From assembly GCA_030141605.1 (NCBI GenBank), contig JAQGDQ010000911.1, forward strand, positions 1-64,000: a DNA stretch of 64,000 bases, given 5' to 3'. The stretch's first letter is position 1; each line of letters begins with the position of its first letter. Under the pieces are notes generated by a model, which saw only the letters and a program-made list of their open reading frames with translations, was not told the origin of the DNA and made no database searches. The position numbers and the translations under genes are program-made. This document shows positions 54,901-64,000 of this stretch, one piece after another. Source of the DNA: Tubiluchus corallicola (taxonomy: Eukaryota; Animalia; Priapulida).

Positions 54901-57900
54901 CGGGGGGAGCAGTGAATGAAAGATGAAATTATTTTAAATTATTACTAGATTACTTGCTTAGCTATTAATGTGTGAACACTTCCGCCACCCGCAGAAAATA
55001 GTCAATCAAAACCCAATATCCGGAATGTGAACAGGTGAAAAACTATTAGGTTATATAGTTACGAATGGCATACCAATCATTGCAGTCTACATTTCAATGC
55101 AGAAAATCATACCTCTTTTGGCAACTAGAGTCAGAAGCCGCGTCAACAGTGAATTCATCAGGATCTTTTACTGCATTATCACTAACTGCGCAAAGATCGG
55201 TTGCAATAGAACAGACGGTACCAGTTTCTTTAAATGCCGAGTTATTTGTATTTTTAATTTCACTTTCCGTCTGCATTGTTTGCGACTCGTTGTCAGATAC
55301 ACTTCCACAATCTTGGATACAAGGCGTCGTTTCGCGACGATCGAAAGAACTTCTGAAACGACCGAGCAAACGTTTTGGCGGAGAGTTTTCCAAATGACTA
55401 AACTTATTTAAACGGTCTTTAACTTTGATATCTTTACATACTCTATTGTGAGTTGTAGATTCTACCGATGACGACCGTCCAAACGTTTCACTTGGAGAAC
55501 AATGCACCGAATTCTCACACTCAGTTGTTAAACATTCATTATCATTACTAAATACTTCTGTTTGCATGCTATCACTCTTTACATCACACACATAATTACT
55601 ATCCACACGGGCACTTTCTGTCACAGAAGTATGATCGCCATCACCACCAGGCCCAACCACATGATTGGAATGGCATGTTACACTACTGGGATAACTATGA
55701 ATGGTTTTGGCCGCATTGTCTCCAGCTGATTTGTCATTGTTTTTATGGCCCACGGCGGGACAGCATTCTAAAGACACGTATTCCATAAATTCTCGCGAGT
55801 CCTCTGTCTCAGGTTCATGAGTGTCTAGTAATTTTTGCGACACAGAAACCGGATTATCTCCTGAGCTGTTTGCAGTGTCATCTTCAAGTGATGAGTTAAT
55901 GTCGTTATCCTCACTGTCATTTAATGATTGCGAAACAGACGGTTCTTCCGGTGAAATCCCCATTTCCTCCGATGTTTCAAAGAATGCGTCAATCTTTCTC
56001 TGTTTTGATGTTTGCTTTTCGTTGTTCTGACTGCTTGACTGCCACTGACTAAAAGAGCGTTTAAAACCAGAAAGAGAAGGTAACCTCTTTTGTTCATTTG
56101 GGCTGTTTACGTCACCTTTAGGATCCTAAAATAATAAGAACAACTAGAATAATAAAATTTTATGCCAATATTATCGTAGCATAGAGACAGATTTTGTGTT
56201 CAAAATAATATGCAGTGGCTGCCGCTTAATAGACTCACGGTTAATAGACTCAATCGCTTAATTGACCCAGAAACACCTGGTACGGGCCGCTTCTATTCAA
56301 ATGTACATAAAACTGTCTGTTATTGACTCTAATAATTCCGCATAATTGACTCAATATTTTCACTTCACATGTTTCAATAAGACACTTTCGTGCGACTAAT
56401 AAGCTTTTATGACTTTTATATCATCTTAGTTCGCTTTTGTCCTATAATATACATAGAAATAATTATATTAAGTACCGTTTTGTTTGTAAGCAGGAACGTT
56501 TATCATTGGCTAATGTACTAGCCTAATGGTTTTGCTTTGACCCGCCCGTCCACTGCAATTAACCATTTTAACCAAGAATTCCTGGAAGCTAATCATTCAA
56601 TCACTTGCTTAGCAGTTTGCTTTTGAAGTTCTGACCATCTTTGCCAGAAAGTTTAATCAGTTAGATGTTGCTGTTACGCCAGGGACACAGGTACAGTACA
56701 GTAAGTACGTCACAATAGCAAGCGGCAGCTTAGGCAAAACTACAGACAAAGTTACTTGCAGGGAAACATGGGCTCCACTAACAGTTTAAGCACGCCAAGC
56801 AATAAGTATCTTACAAGAATTTATGCAACATACAAAAACAATAAACTTGTGTGATTTAGAAAAGCATACTTTTTAATTTATTGCTAATTCACTTATATAA
56901 ATTAATATTTTAAAATATTTTTTCTAACTTTTAACTGCACAAAGGAATTTAGGCATCACTTCGTTTCAAAAATTCACTAAAAAACCTTTGCAGTGCATAG
57001 GAAGCTGATGACTCATACTATACCAGCGATTTTTTTTCAATTCAATAGATTTATTTCGCAAAAAGCATATACATTACATGTGCATCGATAATCAGTGTTT
57101 AGTAATACAAAATTATGATACAATTCATGAATTCTGCGCTAGAGACCTAAGAAGCTTATGCTAAGCCACTACAATTAGTTACGAGAAAAATTACAATATA
57201 TTGCTAATGGTAAGTGTAAGTTACAATACTACACCTATCGGTTAATGGGTTCAGTTGGCTAATTGGGTCGAGACACTTCGGTCCCAAAGTGAGTCTAATT
57301 AAGCGGCGCCTATTGTATCTTTAAGAGTATTAATCAGTTTTAGTTCCATGAGCAGTCAAACCTTTCTATGTATGTCTATCAAATAAGATTTTTCTACATA
57401 CAGTCGACCCTCGTTAAACCGGACCCCGTTAGCCCGGATATCGGAGAAGACGGATGTCATCCGTGGTAAAGGAAACTGACCGATTTCCGACTGAGCCGGA
57501 GCGCTAAACACAACACGGCCTATCAACTGTACAACAATTTCTTTATCCTCACAGGTTAACTATTTTAAAGTAATATACAGTATAGTATATAGTGCAATGT
57601 ATATAGGCCTTATTAAGGTGATTATTCCTGTATAATATAGACCATATGTAGGCATATCGGATAAATCGGACAATCGGTTAAACCGGACCCCCCCCCAAAT
57701 TAGTCCGGTTTAACGAGGGTTGACTGTATATGATAAAGCTCAAACAAATTATTACCATTTTCAGCAGTCGTTACATTAAACTAAATATCAAAAATTAATT
57801 AAATAAGACATTTCACGACACATTCAAACGTTCAAGTAAGGAATACCTGATTATACCTGAGAATTAACTGTTTGCACAGGATGAATGTTAGCAGAAAGAT

Positions 57901-60900
57901 GATAAGCTCTGGATTGGTAAAGATGCAGTAATGATGATTTCACGGAAGCCAATAGAAGCTTCTCATTCTGCAGTATCAACTGCCTCTTATCTGGTGTGAT
58001 ATTGACGTCAACTGTGTCTGAAGAGCAAACAAAAAAAAAAACGTTCACTAAATTTCTTGTATCAAGTTTAGATGAATTCTATCATACTATTACCACTAAC
58101 AACCTTAAAGCAAAACTGCATCCAATCTTAAACTGCAGGTCAAAACAATCTGCTCTTTAAAATATTTAAAAGGAAACGTACCATTTTTCAAAAATGAATT
58201 ACGTGAAAGAATTATAACCACACAAACACAATTTCGGGTTCGCGTCACTATTTCTTGACTGTTACATGCATTTCGCCATTCGCTAGTTAGACGGGCACTA
58301 GCACCTGGATTTCGGAAACGCATTGCGCAAAAAACAGGTACTGTACCTCTCAGTTCAGATGTGTTAGTTTGTGAGCAATTACACACGTTCGACAGCTCAA
58401 GCGTGAGCACAGCGGTAACTTTGAAATTCGGATTTTATCTTAAAATTTGCCGAGTCTTAATACAACACACTGAATATCTTACAGTAACACTGTACTTCAA
58501 TTTTCACTTTCACAAACACGTGCAATTCGCTCGTTTTTGCTGTTCAAAATTATGTTAGTTTGTGATGTCATCAATAGTTGGGCTGACCTAAATAAGTTTT
58601 TAATCTACTATTTCATTATCAGAAATGCCTATGCAGTATTAATTGTGTTAAAATGTATACTTTTTATCGGACTTGAATATGGGGTCATATACGAAAAACC
58701 ATCCTGTTTCATTTAAGATCTTATACATTTACAGAATAAATAGCACAGAATGGTTCAATGCACCATTTCAGTAGTGTATGTGTAGTGGGATTACAGTAAA
58801 ACAATTGTTTACTAATAACTATACCTTTTGCCGTTGTGATGCATATGATAAGCATTGGATATTGATACCTGTTGTACATATGAAACACGTCGTTTACTAC
58901 CTTGTTTACCTGTAAACATTAACAAGTACACGGTAAGTAAACAGACTTTTATACGTTTACTGTCCAGTAAATCTAGGAAGCTGAAAATGGGGATGTCATT
59001 TGATGGGAAGATTCTTCGTGTTTTGCAGGGACGAGAATGACAAATTGCAAAAAACTCTGAAACAGGCCGGGGGGTTTTGGGGCCACCTAGGCTCCCAATG
59101 AGGTTGAGGGGCAAAGCCCCCTTGGACCCAGCAACAAATTGCAATTTTGTGACCATAGAGAACCTCTAAGTGGACTTAAAATATCAATTACCTTGTTTCA
59201 TGCATAATTTAAAATACCCAACTATCAAGGATACATGATACCTAATTGTCTCAAAAACGCCTAAGTACTGGCCGCTCCTATGCAAAAGTATATAAAAACT
59301 GTCTACAATTGACTCAAATAACTCCGCACAATTGATTCTCTATTTTTATACATAGAGATCTACATGTGGTTACATTGATGTACGTGATGTAAACAAAGTG
59401 ACGGCCTGCCAACTAGCGGTCAGCTTGTGAAATAATGTACTGGGTCCGTAAAAATTTTCTCAACGAATTTACGCGATTTACAAAAATCGCACTACTGGCC
59501 TTCCAAAAACTCGGAATTCTGCGTATCCTCGGAAAATCCTCATCCCTGTTTTGTTCGCATGAAAAATAATTGATTTATACTTTCTGTTTTGTCTCATTTA
59601 ACTGAATTCTCTAAGGTGAATTAATTTCACATAAACATTTGACACCTTAGCTAGATCACAAGGACGTCCGTTGACAAAAACAAACTGTCGGTCACTGCTA
59701 CTTCGTCCCAAGCCAGGAGTGCATTCTGAGACAAAACCTGAAAAACTGATGGAAAACCAAATGAACACAATCACATGAGAAGTTTACAACTCCCCAAACA
59801 TAAGAAATTAGTTTGTGAAAGGGATTAGGATTAGGGTTAGGGTTAGGGTTAGAGATAGGACTGGGATTAGGGTAGGTTAGCTTTAGGGTTAGGGTTGGAT
59901 TAGGATTAGGACATGGATTAAGGTTAGGTTTGGATTAGGGTTAACATTAGGGTTAGGATTGGGATTAGGGCAGGGTTAGCATTAGGGTTAGTGTTGGGGT
60001 TAGGGTAGGATTAGGGTTGGAAAATGGATTAAGGTTAGGGTTAGGAAATGGATTAAGGTTAGCATTGGATTAGGATTACAGGTACAACATGGATTAAGGT
60101 TAGGGTTAGATTAGGATTAGGGTTAGTGTTAAGAATGGGATTAGGGCAGGGTTAGGGTAGGGTTAGGGTTGGATTAGGATTAGGTTAGAAGTGGGATATG
60201 GATTAAGGTTAGGGTTGGATTATGGTTAGGGCTGGAGTTGGGATATGGATGAAGGTTAGGGTTGGATTAGGGTTAGGACATAGATTAAGGTTAGGGTTGG
60301 ATTAGGATTAGGGTTAGGACATGGATTAAGGTTAGGGTTAGGACATGGATTAAGGTTAGGGTTGGATTAGGATTAGGGTTAGGACATGGATTAAGGTTAG
60401 GGTTGGATTAGGATTAGGGTTAGGACATGGATTAAGGTTAGGGTTGGATTAGGATTAGCGCTAGGACATGGATTAAGGTTAGGGTATTTAAACTGTGTGG
60501 GGAATTGCAAATTCCTTCCCTACGCAGCAACCCACAATAATGTAAAACAAAATAGTAAACTAGGCATCGTAGCATAATGAACAAAGATCAATATCTAGAT
60601 ATATTGTTTCTTGGCAACATGGATAAATTAAGATCAGAAAATATGTGAAGTCTAAGACTTGTGAATGCATAGCAACATTTGAGCTGAACTTTGCTATCAG
60701 AGTAATATTTTAAACATGCAATCTTTTCCATCAAACTTACATAACTACAAAGTTTCAGAAACGTGTTGTCTACCCCAGAACACCGACCGAACAAATATAA
60801 TTAACTGCGCAAGGTAGAGCTAAAAATTAATTAACGATAATTATTTCTCACCTAAAATTTCCATTTAGCAAGTTGGTATCGATTCCATAATCAGCGAGTA

Positions 60901-63322
60901 TGGCTTCATCGGGTTTTACCATAGTAAACTCTAGCAAACTGGCAAGTTGTTTAGAACCAAAAATATCAGCAATGTTATCTTTCAGTGACATATTACCACT
61001 TGTTGATACTACAACTGTTTTCTTTCTGTAAAAAGTAATTACTCATTATAAGGTTTTGCAAATCTCCATTTGCAGCGGATCTATACATCAAACGAAAGGT
61101 CTCAATCTAGTGTTGTGCAGTTGGTGGTTTATTTTTCGAATCGGGCCCACCGGGAGGAACAGCGGGCGAAAAACCTCCAAAAATGGCCATTTTTCGGCCG
61201 TTTAAAGCTTTTACATCTTCTCTTGACCAAACAGCATGTGGAAAAAATGTTCTAGCGGCGCCTGGTGGGTCTCACGGAAGGAGATATATACCTCTTTAGA
61301 AAGAGGAGGAACAGGGTTACACGATGATGTGGGCTATATTTTAGGACACGTCCAACAAAAGGAGTACTGACGAGTTAATTAGATGTTCTATTTTCGGCAA
61401 TTTTTGCTTAGAAAACTGCTGATGCAAAGCCATTGATGTGACGTCATCCATTATACTCTGCCTATAACCTTATAACTTTAATTCAGTAAAAGCTGCTACT
61501 GGCTTTGCATTATAAATGAGGACTATGTAGGATATTCGCGTATTTTGGATTATACGTGTCTTTATACGCAAAATTTTTTGTGGGGCCTTTGCTAGTCTAT
61601 ATATTAATTCTACTGGTATGTTATATATATATACATATATATATAAGATTCGAGGCTACAGCTCGGACGACGGTACCATTTGCAGCGATCTATACATCAA
61701 ACGAAACGTCTCGATCTAGTGTCGTGCCATTAGGGGTTTATTTTTCGAATCAGGCCCACCAGGAGGAACAGGGGGTGAAAAACCTCCAAAAATGGCCATT
61801 TTTTGGCAGTTTAAAACTTTTACATCTTCTTTTGACCAAACAGCATGTGGAAAAAACGTTCTAGCGGTGCCCGGTGGGTCTCACGGAAGGAGATATATAG
61901 TTCTTCAGAAAGAACAGGGTTACACGATGATGTGGGCTATATTTTAGGACAGGTCCACCGAGAGGAGTATCGACGAGTTAATTAGATGTTCTATTTTTGG
62001 CAATTTTCGCTTAGAAAACTGCTGATGCAAAGCCATTGATGTGACGTCATCCATTATACTCTGCCTATAACTTTAATTCAGTAAAAGCTGCTGCTGGCCT
62101 TGCGTTAGGAAAATAAACAAACACTATGTAGGATGTTCGCGCATTGTTGCTAATAAGTGGACTTATAAGCAAAATTTTTTGTGGGGCCTTTGCTAGTTTT
62201 AAATAATGTGTCAGTAGATGGCGGTGAGCTGGGGTTCCACAGTACAAACTCATCAATGGCGACACAAGACATTTCATAGACAAATTGTTAGTGGTGCATC
62301 GTAATTAATTCATTTAACATTGTCGACTTTTAATATAAGCTTGAATAGTTTGGTTACAATAGTAACAGATACACAAGATGTGTACGATTCATAACTACGA
62401 TTAAAGAGCGTTACAGTTTCTGGAAAATAACAAGCAATGCTGCCCTCTATTAAGCCTCGTTGCACCTAGTTGGTAAATGGATTAGTGACCATTGAAGAAA
62501 CTGCTTCTGGGTCATTATCTTTGCCATGCTGCCCTTGGCTTTTTGTTTCGATGAGAGAGATGCACACAAATCAGTGTCTCATCTTACACTTGAAGAGGAA
62601 GATTCCTGTCCCACCACACCAATTTAACAATAGCAGTAGACCAATGTTGAATTCTGGCTTGCAGTTCCTGTCTTACCACACGAATTTAACAATAGCAGTA
62701 GGCCAATGTTGAATTCTGGCTAGCAGTTCCCGTCCCACCACACCAGTTCAACAACAGCAGTAGGCCAATGTTGAATTCTGGCTTGCAGTTCCTGTCCCAC
62801 CACACCAGTTCAACAACAGCAGTAGGCCAATGTTGAATTCTGGCTTGCAGTTCCTGTCCCACCACACCAGTTCAACAACAGCAGTAGGCCAATGTTGAAT
62901 TCTGGCTTGCAGTTCCCATCCCACCACACCAGTTCAACAATAGCAGTAGGCCAATGTTGAATTCTGGCTTGCAGTACCTGTCCCACCACACCAGTTCAAC
63001 AACAGCAGTAGGCCAATGTTGAATTCTGGCTTGCAGTACCTGTCCCACCACACCAGTTCAACAACAGCAGTAGGCCAATGTTGAATTCCGGCTTGCAGCA
63101 CACGCTAAATTGTAAAAACACGTAATACAAACTATTAAAAAAATCAGCATACCCATTTTTGCACTGATTAGTACAAGAGATTCGGATTCCAGTGGAGATG
63201 ATACAATAAGCGTTAATAACATTCACCATCCTGGAAAATTCCTTTTTGGAGTTCTTAAGAAATTCCTTATGACGAACTGGCAGTTTGCCAAATAATTGTT
63301 GGACTGTCACTGTCATGCCTCT
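42436..63322 (-). CDS. PMS2: Mismatch repair endonuclease PMS2, 5'-partial; join of 11 exons (63153-63322, 60852-61025, 59646-59745, 58825-58909, 57857-58017, 55113-56125, 53026-53230, 51216-51346, 46794-46963, 44782-44924, 42436-42534), ~816 aa
   Basis: All introns GT-AG with compatible phases, total 2451 nt. MutL motifs [79 protein letters not shown]. Confidence 0.96.
43240..43371 (+). pseudogene. MADF/Myb-SANT-like domain relic (probably PIF/Harbinger-derived) disrupted by the solo LTR
   Basis: [28 protein letters not shown], continuing after the LTR as [11 protein letters not shown]; fits LI..V...P.LYD.....Y.DR.....AW.EIG..LG. Confidence 0.6.
43372..43741 (-). mobile_element. Solo LTR (370 bp) in the last PMS2 intron
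   Basis: TGTTG...CAACA, 5-bp TSD gactt. Confidence 0.88.
43750..44360. repeat. 51-bp minisatellite, ~12 copies
   Basis: Unit tgaaactggaaacacgatcgggataagtggtgaaggttatcctggatattg. Confidence 0.95.
44653..44787. repeat. 45-bp repeat x3 that includes the PMS2 splice donor
   Basis: gtatac at 44686, 44731 and 44776, each followed by cttcttca. Confidence 0.9.
44782..44924 (-). CDS. PMS2: PMS2 exon (143 nt)
   Basis: ttacag|ATGTA...AGAAG|gtatac; [11 protein letters not shown]...[25 protein letters not shown]. Confidence 0.95.
45123..45249 (+). mobile_element. LTR 3' end plus tRNA-Leu-type primer binding site (truncated LTR retrotransposon)
   Basis: AATAAA at ~45167; ...gtgtaaca directly followed by TGGTGTCAGAAGTGGGATT; left boundary uncertain. 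Confidence 0.7.
45257..45501. repeat. 36-bp minisatellite, ~7 copies
   Basis: Unit gaaagtgaaggtttcccctctttgagaacagctact. Confidence 0.92.
45693..46013 (+). mobile_element. tRNA-derived SINE (MetaSINE-like core) with (ATT)n tail; 3' fragment on the minus strand at ~20370-20470
   Basis: A box tagtctagtgg, B box gagttcgat, core gggtcataccaaagactttaaaaatggtacc, tail ccgactttaaataaagattattatt. Confidence 0.75.
46150..46572. mobile_element. hAT (Charlie-like) MITE
   Basis: TIR caggggtgtgcaaatt / aatttgcacacccctg; perfect 8-bp TSD tcttattg. Confidence 0.9.
46794..46963 (-). CDS. PMS2: PMS2 exon (170 nt)
   Basis: ttctag|TCCG...GGAAG|gtctgt; [27 protein letters not shown]...WTFGKE; not in the ORF track. 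Confidence 0.92.
47061..50418. repeat. 33-bp minisatellite, ~100 copies, inside a PMS2 intron
   Basis: Unit catcattagctattgatgttatgttcctcatca; phase breaks near 47450 and 48073. Confidence 0.97.
50609..51075. mobile_element. Tc1/pogo-type MITE
   Basis: TA|cagtcaacctcgg ... ccgaggttgactg|TA. Confidence 0.85.
51216..51346 (-). CDS. PMS2: PMS2 exon (131 nt) with the metal-binding endonuclease motif
   Basis: ttgtag|TTCAAT...ATCAG|gtattt; [29 protein letters not shown] = DQHA(X)2E(X)4E. Confidence 0.95.
51446..51975. mobile_element. Kolobok-like non-autonomous element
   Basis: TTAA|aggaaaaccggatgatt ... aatcatccggttttcct|TTAA; related end at ~52385-52420; 52110-52380 is an inverted copy of ~36805-37050. 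Confidence 0.65.
52466..52839. mobile_element. Tc1/pogo-type MITE; oppositely oriented copy at 57401-57726
   Basis: TIR (c)agtcaaccctcgttaaaccggac / gtccggtttaacgaggttcgactg, TA flanks. Confidence 0.85.
53026..53230 (-). CDS. PMS2: PMS2 exon (205 nt)
   Basis: ttgtag|AGTG...GACAA|gtaagt; [34 protein letters not shown]. Confidence 0.93.
53240..53376. repeat. 29-bp repeat x~4.5 abutting a PMS2 acceptor
   Basis: Unit aaataaagtatctagtgatccatgtcaca. Confidence 0.85.
55113..56125 (-). CDS. PMS2: PMS2 large linker exon (1013 nt), Ser/Asp/Glu-rich and probably disordered
   Basis: ttttag|GATCCT...AAGAG|gtatga; open frame includes ORF 55094-55963; phases fit both neighbouring exons. Confidence 0.88.
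57401..57726. mobile_element. Tc1/pogo-type MITE, inverted relative to 52466-52839
   Basis: TA|cagtcgaccctcgttaaaccggac ... gtccggtttaacgagggttgactg|TA. Confidence 0.85.
57857..58017 (-). CDS. PMS2: PMS2 exon (161 nt)
   Basis: cttcag|ACACA...CTCAG|gtataa; [29 protein letters not shown]. Confidence 0.92.
58825..58909 (-). CDS. PMS2: PMS2 exon (85 nt)
   Basis: ttacag|GTAAAC...AAAAG|gtatag; [22 protein letters not shown]. Confidence 0.92.
59646..59745 (-). CDS. PMS2: PMS2 exon (100 nt)
   Basis: catcag|TTTTTCAGG...CTAAG|gtgtca; [33 protein letters not shown]. Confidence 0.92.
59820..60484. repeat. Degenerate telomere-like (TTAGGG/GGATTA) array in a PMS2 intron
   Basis: Many exact TTAGGG plus variants; a ~36-bp higher-order unit towards the right end. 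Confidence 0.9.
60852..61025 (-). CDS. PMS2: PMS2 exon (174 nt)
   Basis: ttacag|AAAG...TTTAG|gtgaga; [30 protein letters not shown]; not in the ORF track. Confidence 0.92.
61047..62196 (+). mobile_element. Two head-to-tail non-autonomous Helitron-like copies (~61047-61595, 61596-62196)
   Basis: Both end in a gcaaaattttttgt hairpin plus ggggcctttgCTAG; copy 2 starts TCtatatatt; no TIR or TSD; 5' fragment also at ~42022-42085. Confidence 0.7.
62605..63097. repeat. 62-bp minisatellite, ~8 copies
   Basis: Unit cagtaggccaatgttgaattctggcttgcagttcctgtcccaccacaccagttcaacaacag. Confidence 0.93.
63153..63322 (-). CDS. PMS2: PMS2 exon (170 nt), ATPase domain
   Basis: tgcag|AGAGGC...AATGG|gtatgc; [21 protein letters not shown]...ISCTNQ. 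Confidence 0.93.
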
Positions 63323-63666
63323 CTGCAACACATGCGAATAAACTGATACAACTAGCAGTACTTCGTAATTTTGTTAAGATCGTTATCGGGGTTCCCACAG
63401 AATTTCAAAGTAAATTTCCCCGATTTATCCCTGACCAAATATTGATTTTCCATGACCAAAATAACCAGAAATTGCATTACCAGCATGCGTATTCAAACAT
63501 TTTTGTATATGGACATTCATACCGCTATATAATGTGTCTGCACATTTGCACAGCACAAACAATTGTTCTTTTTTGCAATGGGCCTTCTCCTCTTTCCAGC
63601 TATACATTCCATCCGCTTTATTCTTCAAACTCTTCGAAACTTTTCAACAAAAATGGATACTTAGTT

Positions 63667-63794
63667 CAGGGCCGGCCTTATTTAATTGGAGGCCCTAGGC
63701 GAAGTGAATTTGGTGGCCCCAAATGAAGCAGAAAAGTAAATACGAAAAAAATAAAATAACGCAATTTACGAGAGAGAGAGAGAGAGAGAGGGGG

Positions 63795-63833
<39 letters not shown>

Positions 63834-64000
63834 GGGGGAGGGAGAGGGAGAGAGAGCGAGAGAGAGAGAGAGAGAGGGAGAGAGAGAGAGGAAGCAGTAT
63901 GTTCGCATAAAGCAAAAAAAATGTTACCTCGGCGTGAGGCCCCCCTGGAGGGTGAGGCCCTAGGCGGTTGCCTAGTTTGCGTATGCTTAAGGCCGGCCCT
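63667..64000. mobile_element. Third copy of the same (GA)n-bearing MITE, in a PMS2 intron
   Basis: Same TIRs and body as 5976-6681, different flanks; ends at the window edge. Confidence 0.85.

Noticed and set aside
55094-55963. Stand-alone 289-aa ORF
   Set aside because: It is part of the 1013-nt PMS2 linker exon; the frame is open upstream to the acceptor at 56126
59820-60484. True telomere or chromosome-fusion site
   Set aside because: Degenerate, single orientation, inside an intron of an intact gene
42436-63322. PMS2 pseudogenisation as the cause of the repeat load
   Set aside because: All 11 visible exons are in frame with canonical splice sites and intact DQHA(X)2E(X)4E, ACR and CPHGRP motifs

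Overview
AT-rich, repeat-dense animal (invertebrate-like) genomic DNA with spliceosomal introns; nothing prokaryotic and no CRISPR array. Four protein-coding genes can be built by hand. (1) DDX41/abstrakt DEAD-box helicase with an intron-free CDS (24278-26185, -). (2) The 3' 11 coding exons (~816 aa) of the mismatch-repair endonuclease PMS2 (63322 down to 42436, -; 5' end lies beyond the window), with all splice phases consistent and the endonuclease motifs intact. (3, 4) A head-to-head pair of paralogous two-exon genes for small proteins with two transmembrane helices that I cannot assign to a family (31608-34929, -; 38540-39258, +). Their second exons are missed by the ORF track, and the two copies share conserved upstream and 3' UTR blocks. 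This pair is the best candidate for something undescribed. The rest is a ~2.9-kb tandem duplication, more than 15 micro/minisatellite arrays, three solo LTRs of one family with 5-bp TSDs, hAT and Tc1/pogo-type MITEs, Helitron-like tandem copies, a tRNA-derived SINE and LINE relics. All coordinates and alignments were read by eye; family assignments come from remembered motifs, not database searches.
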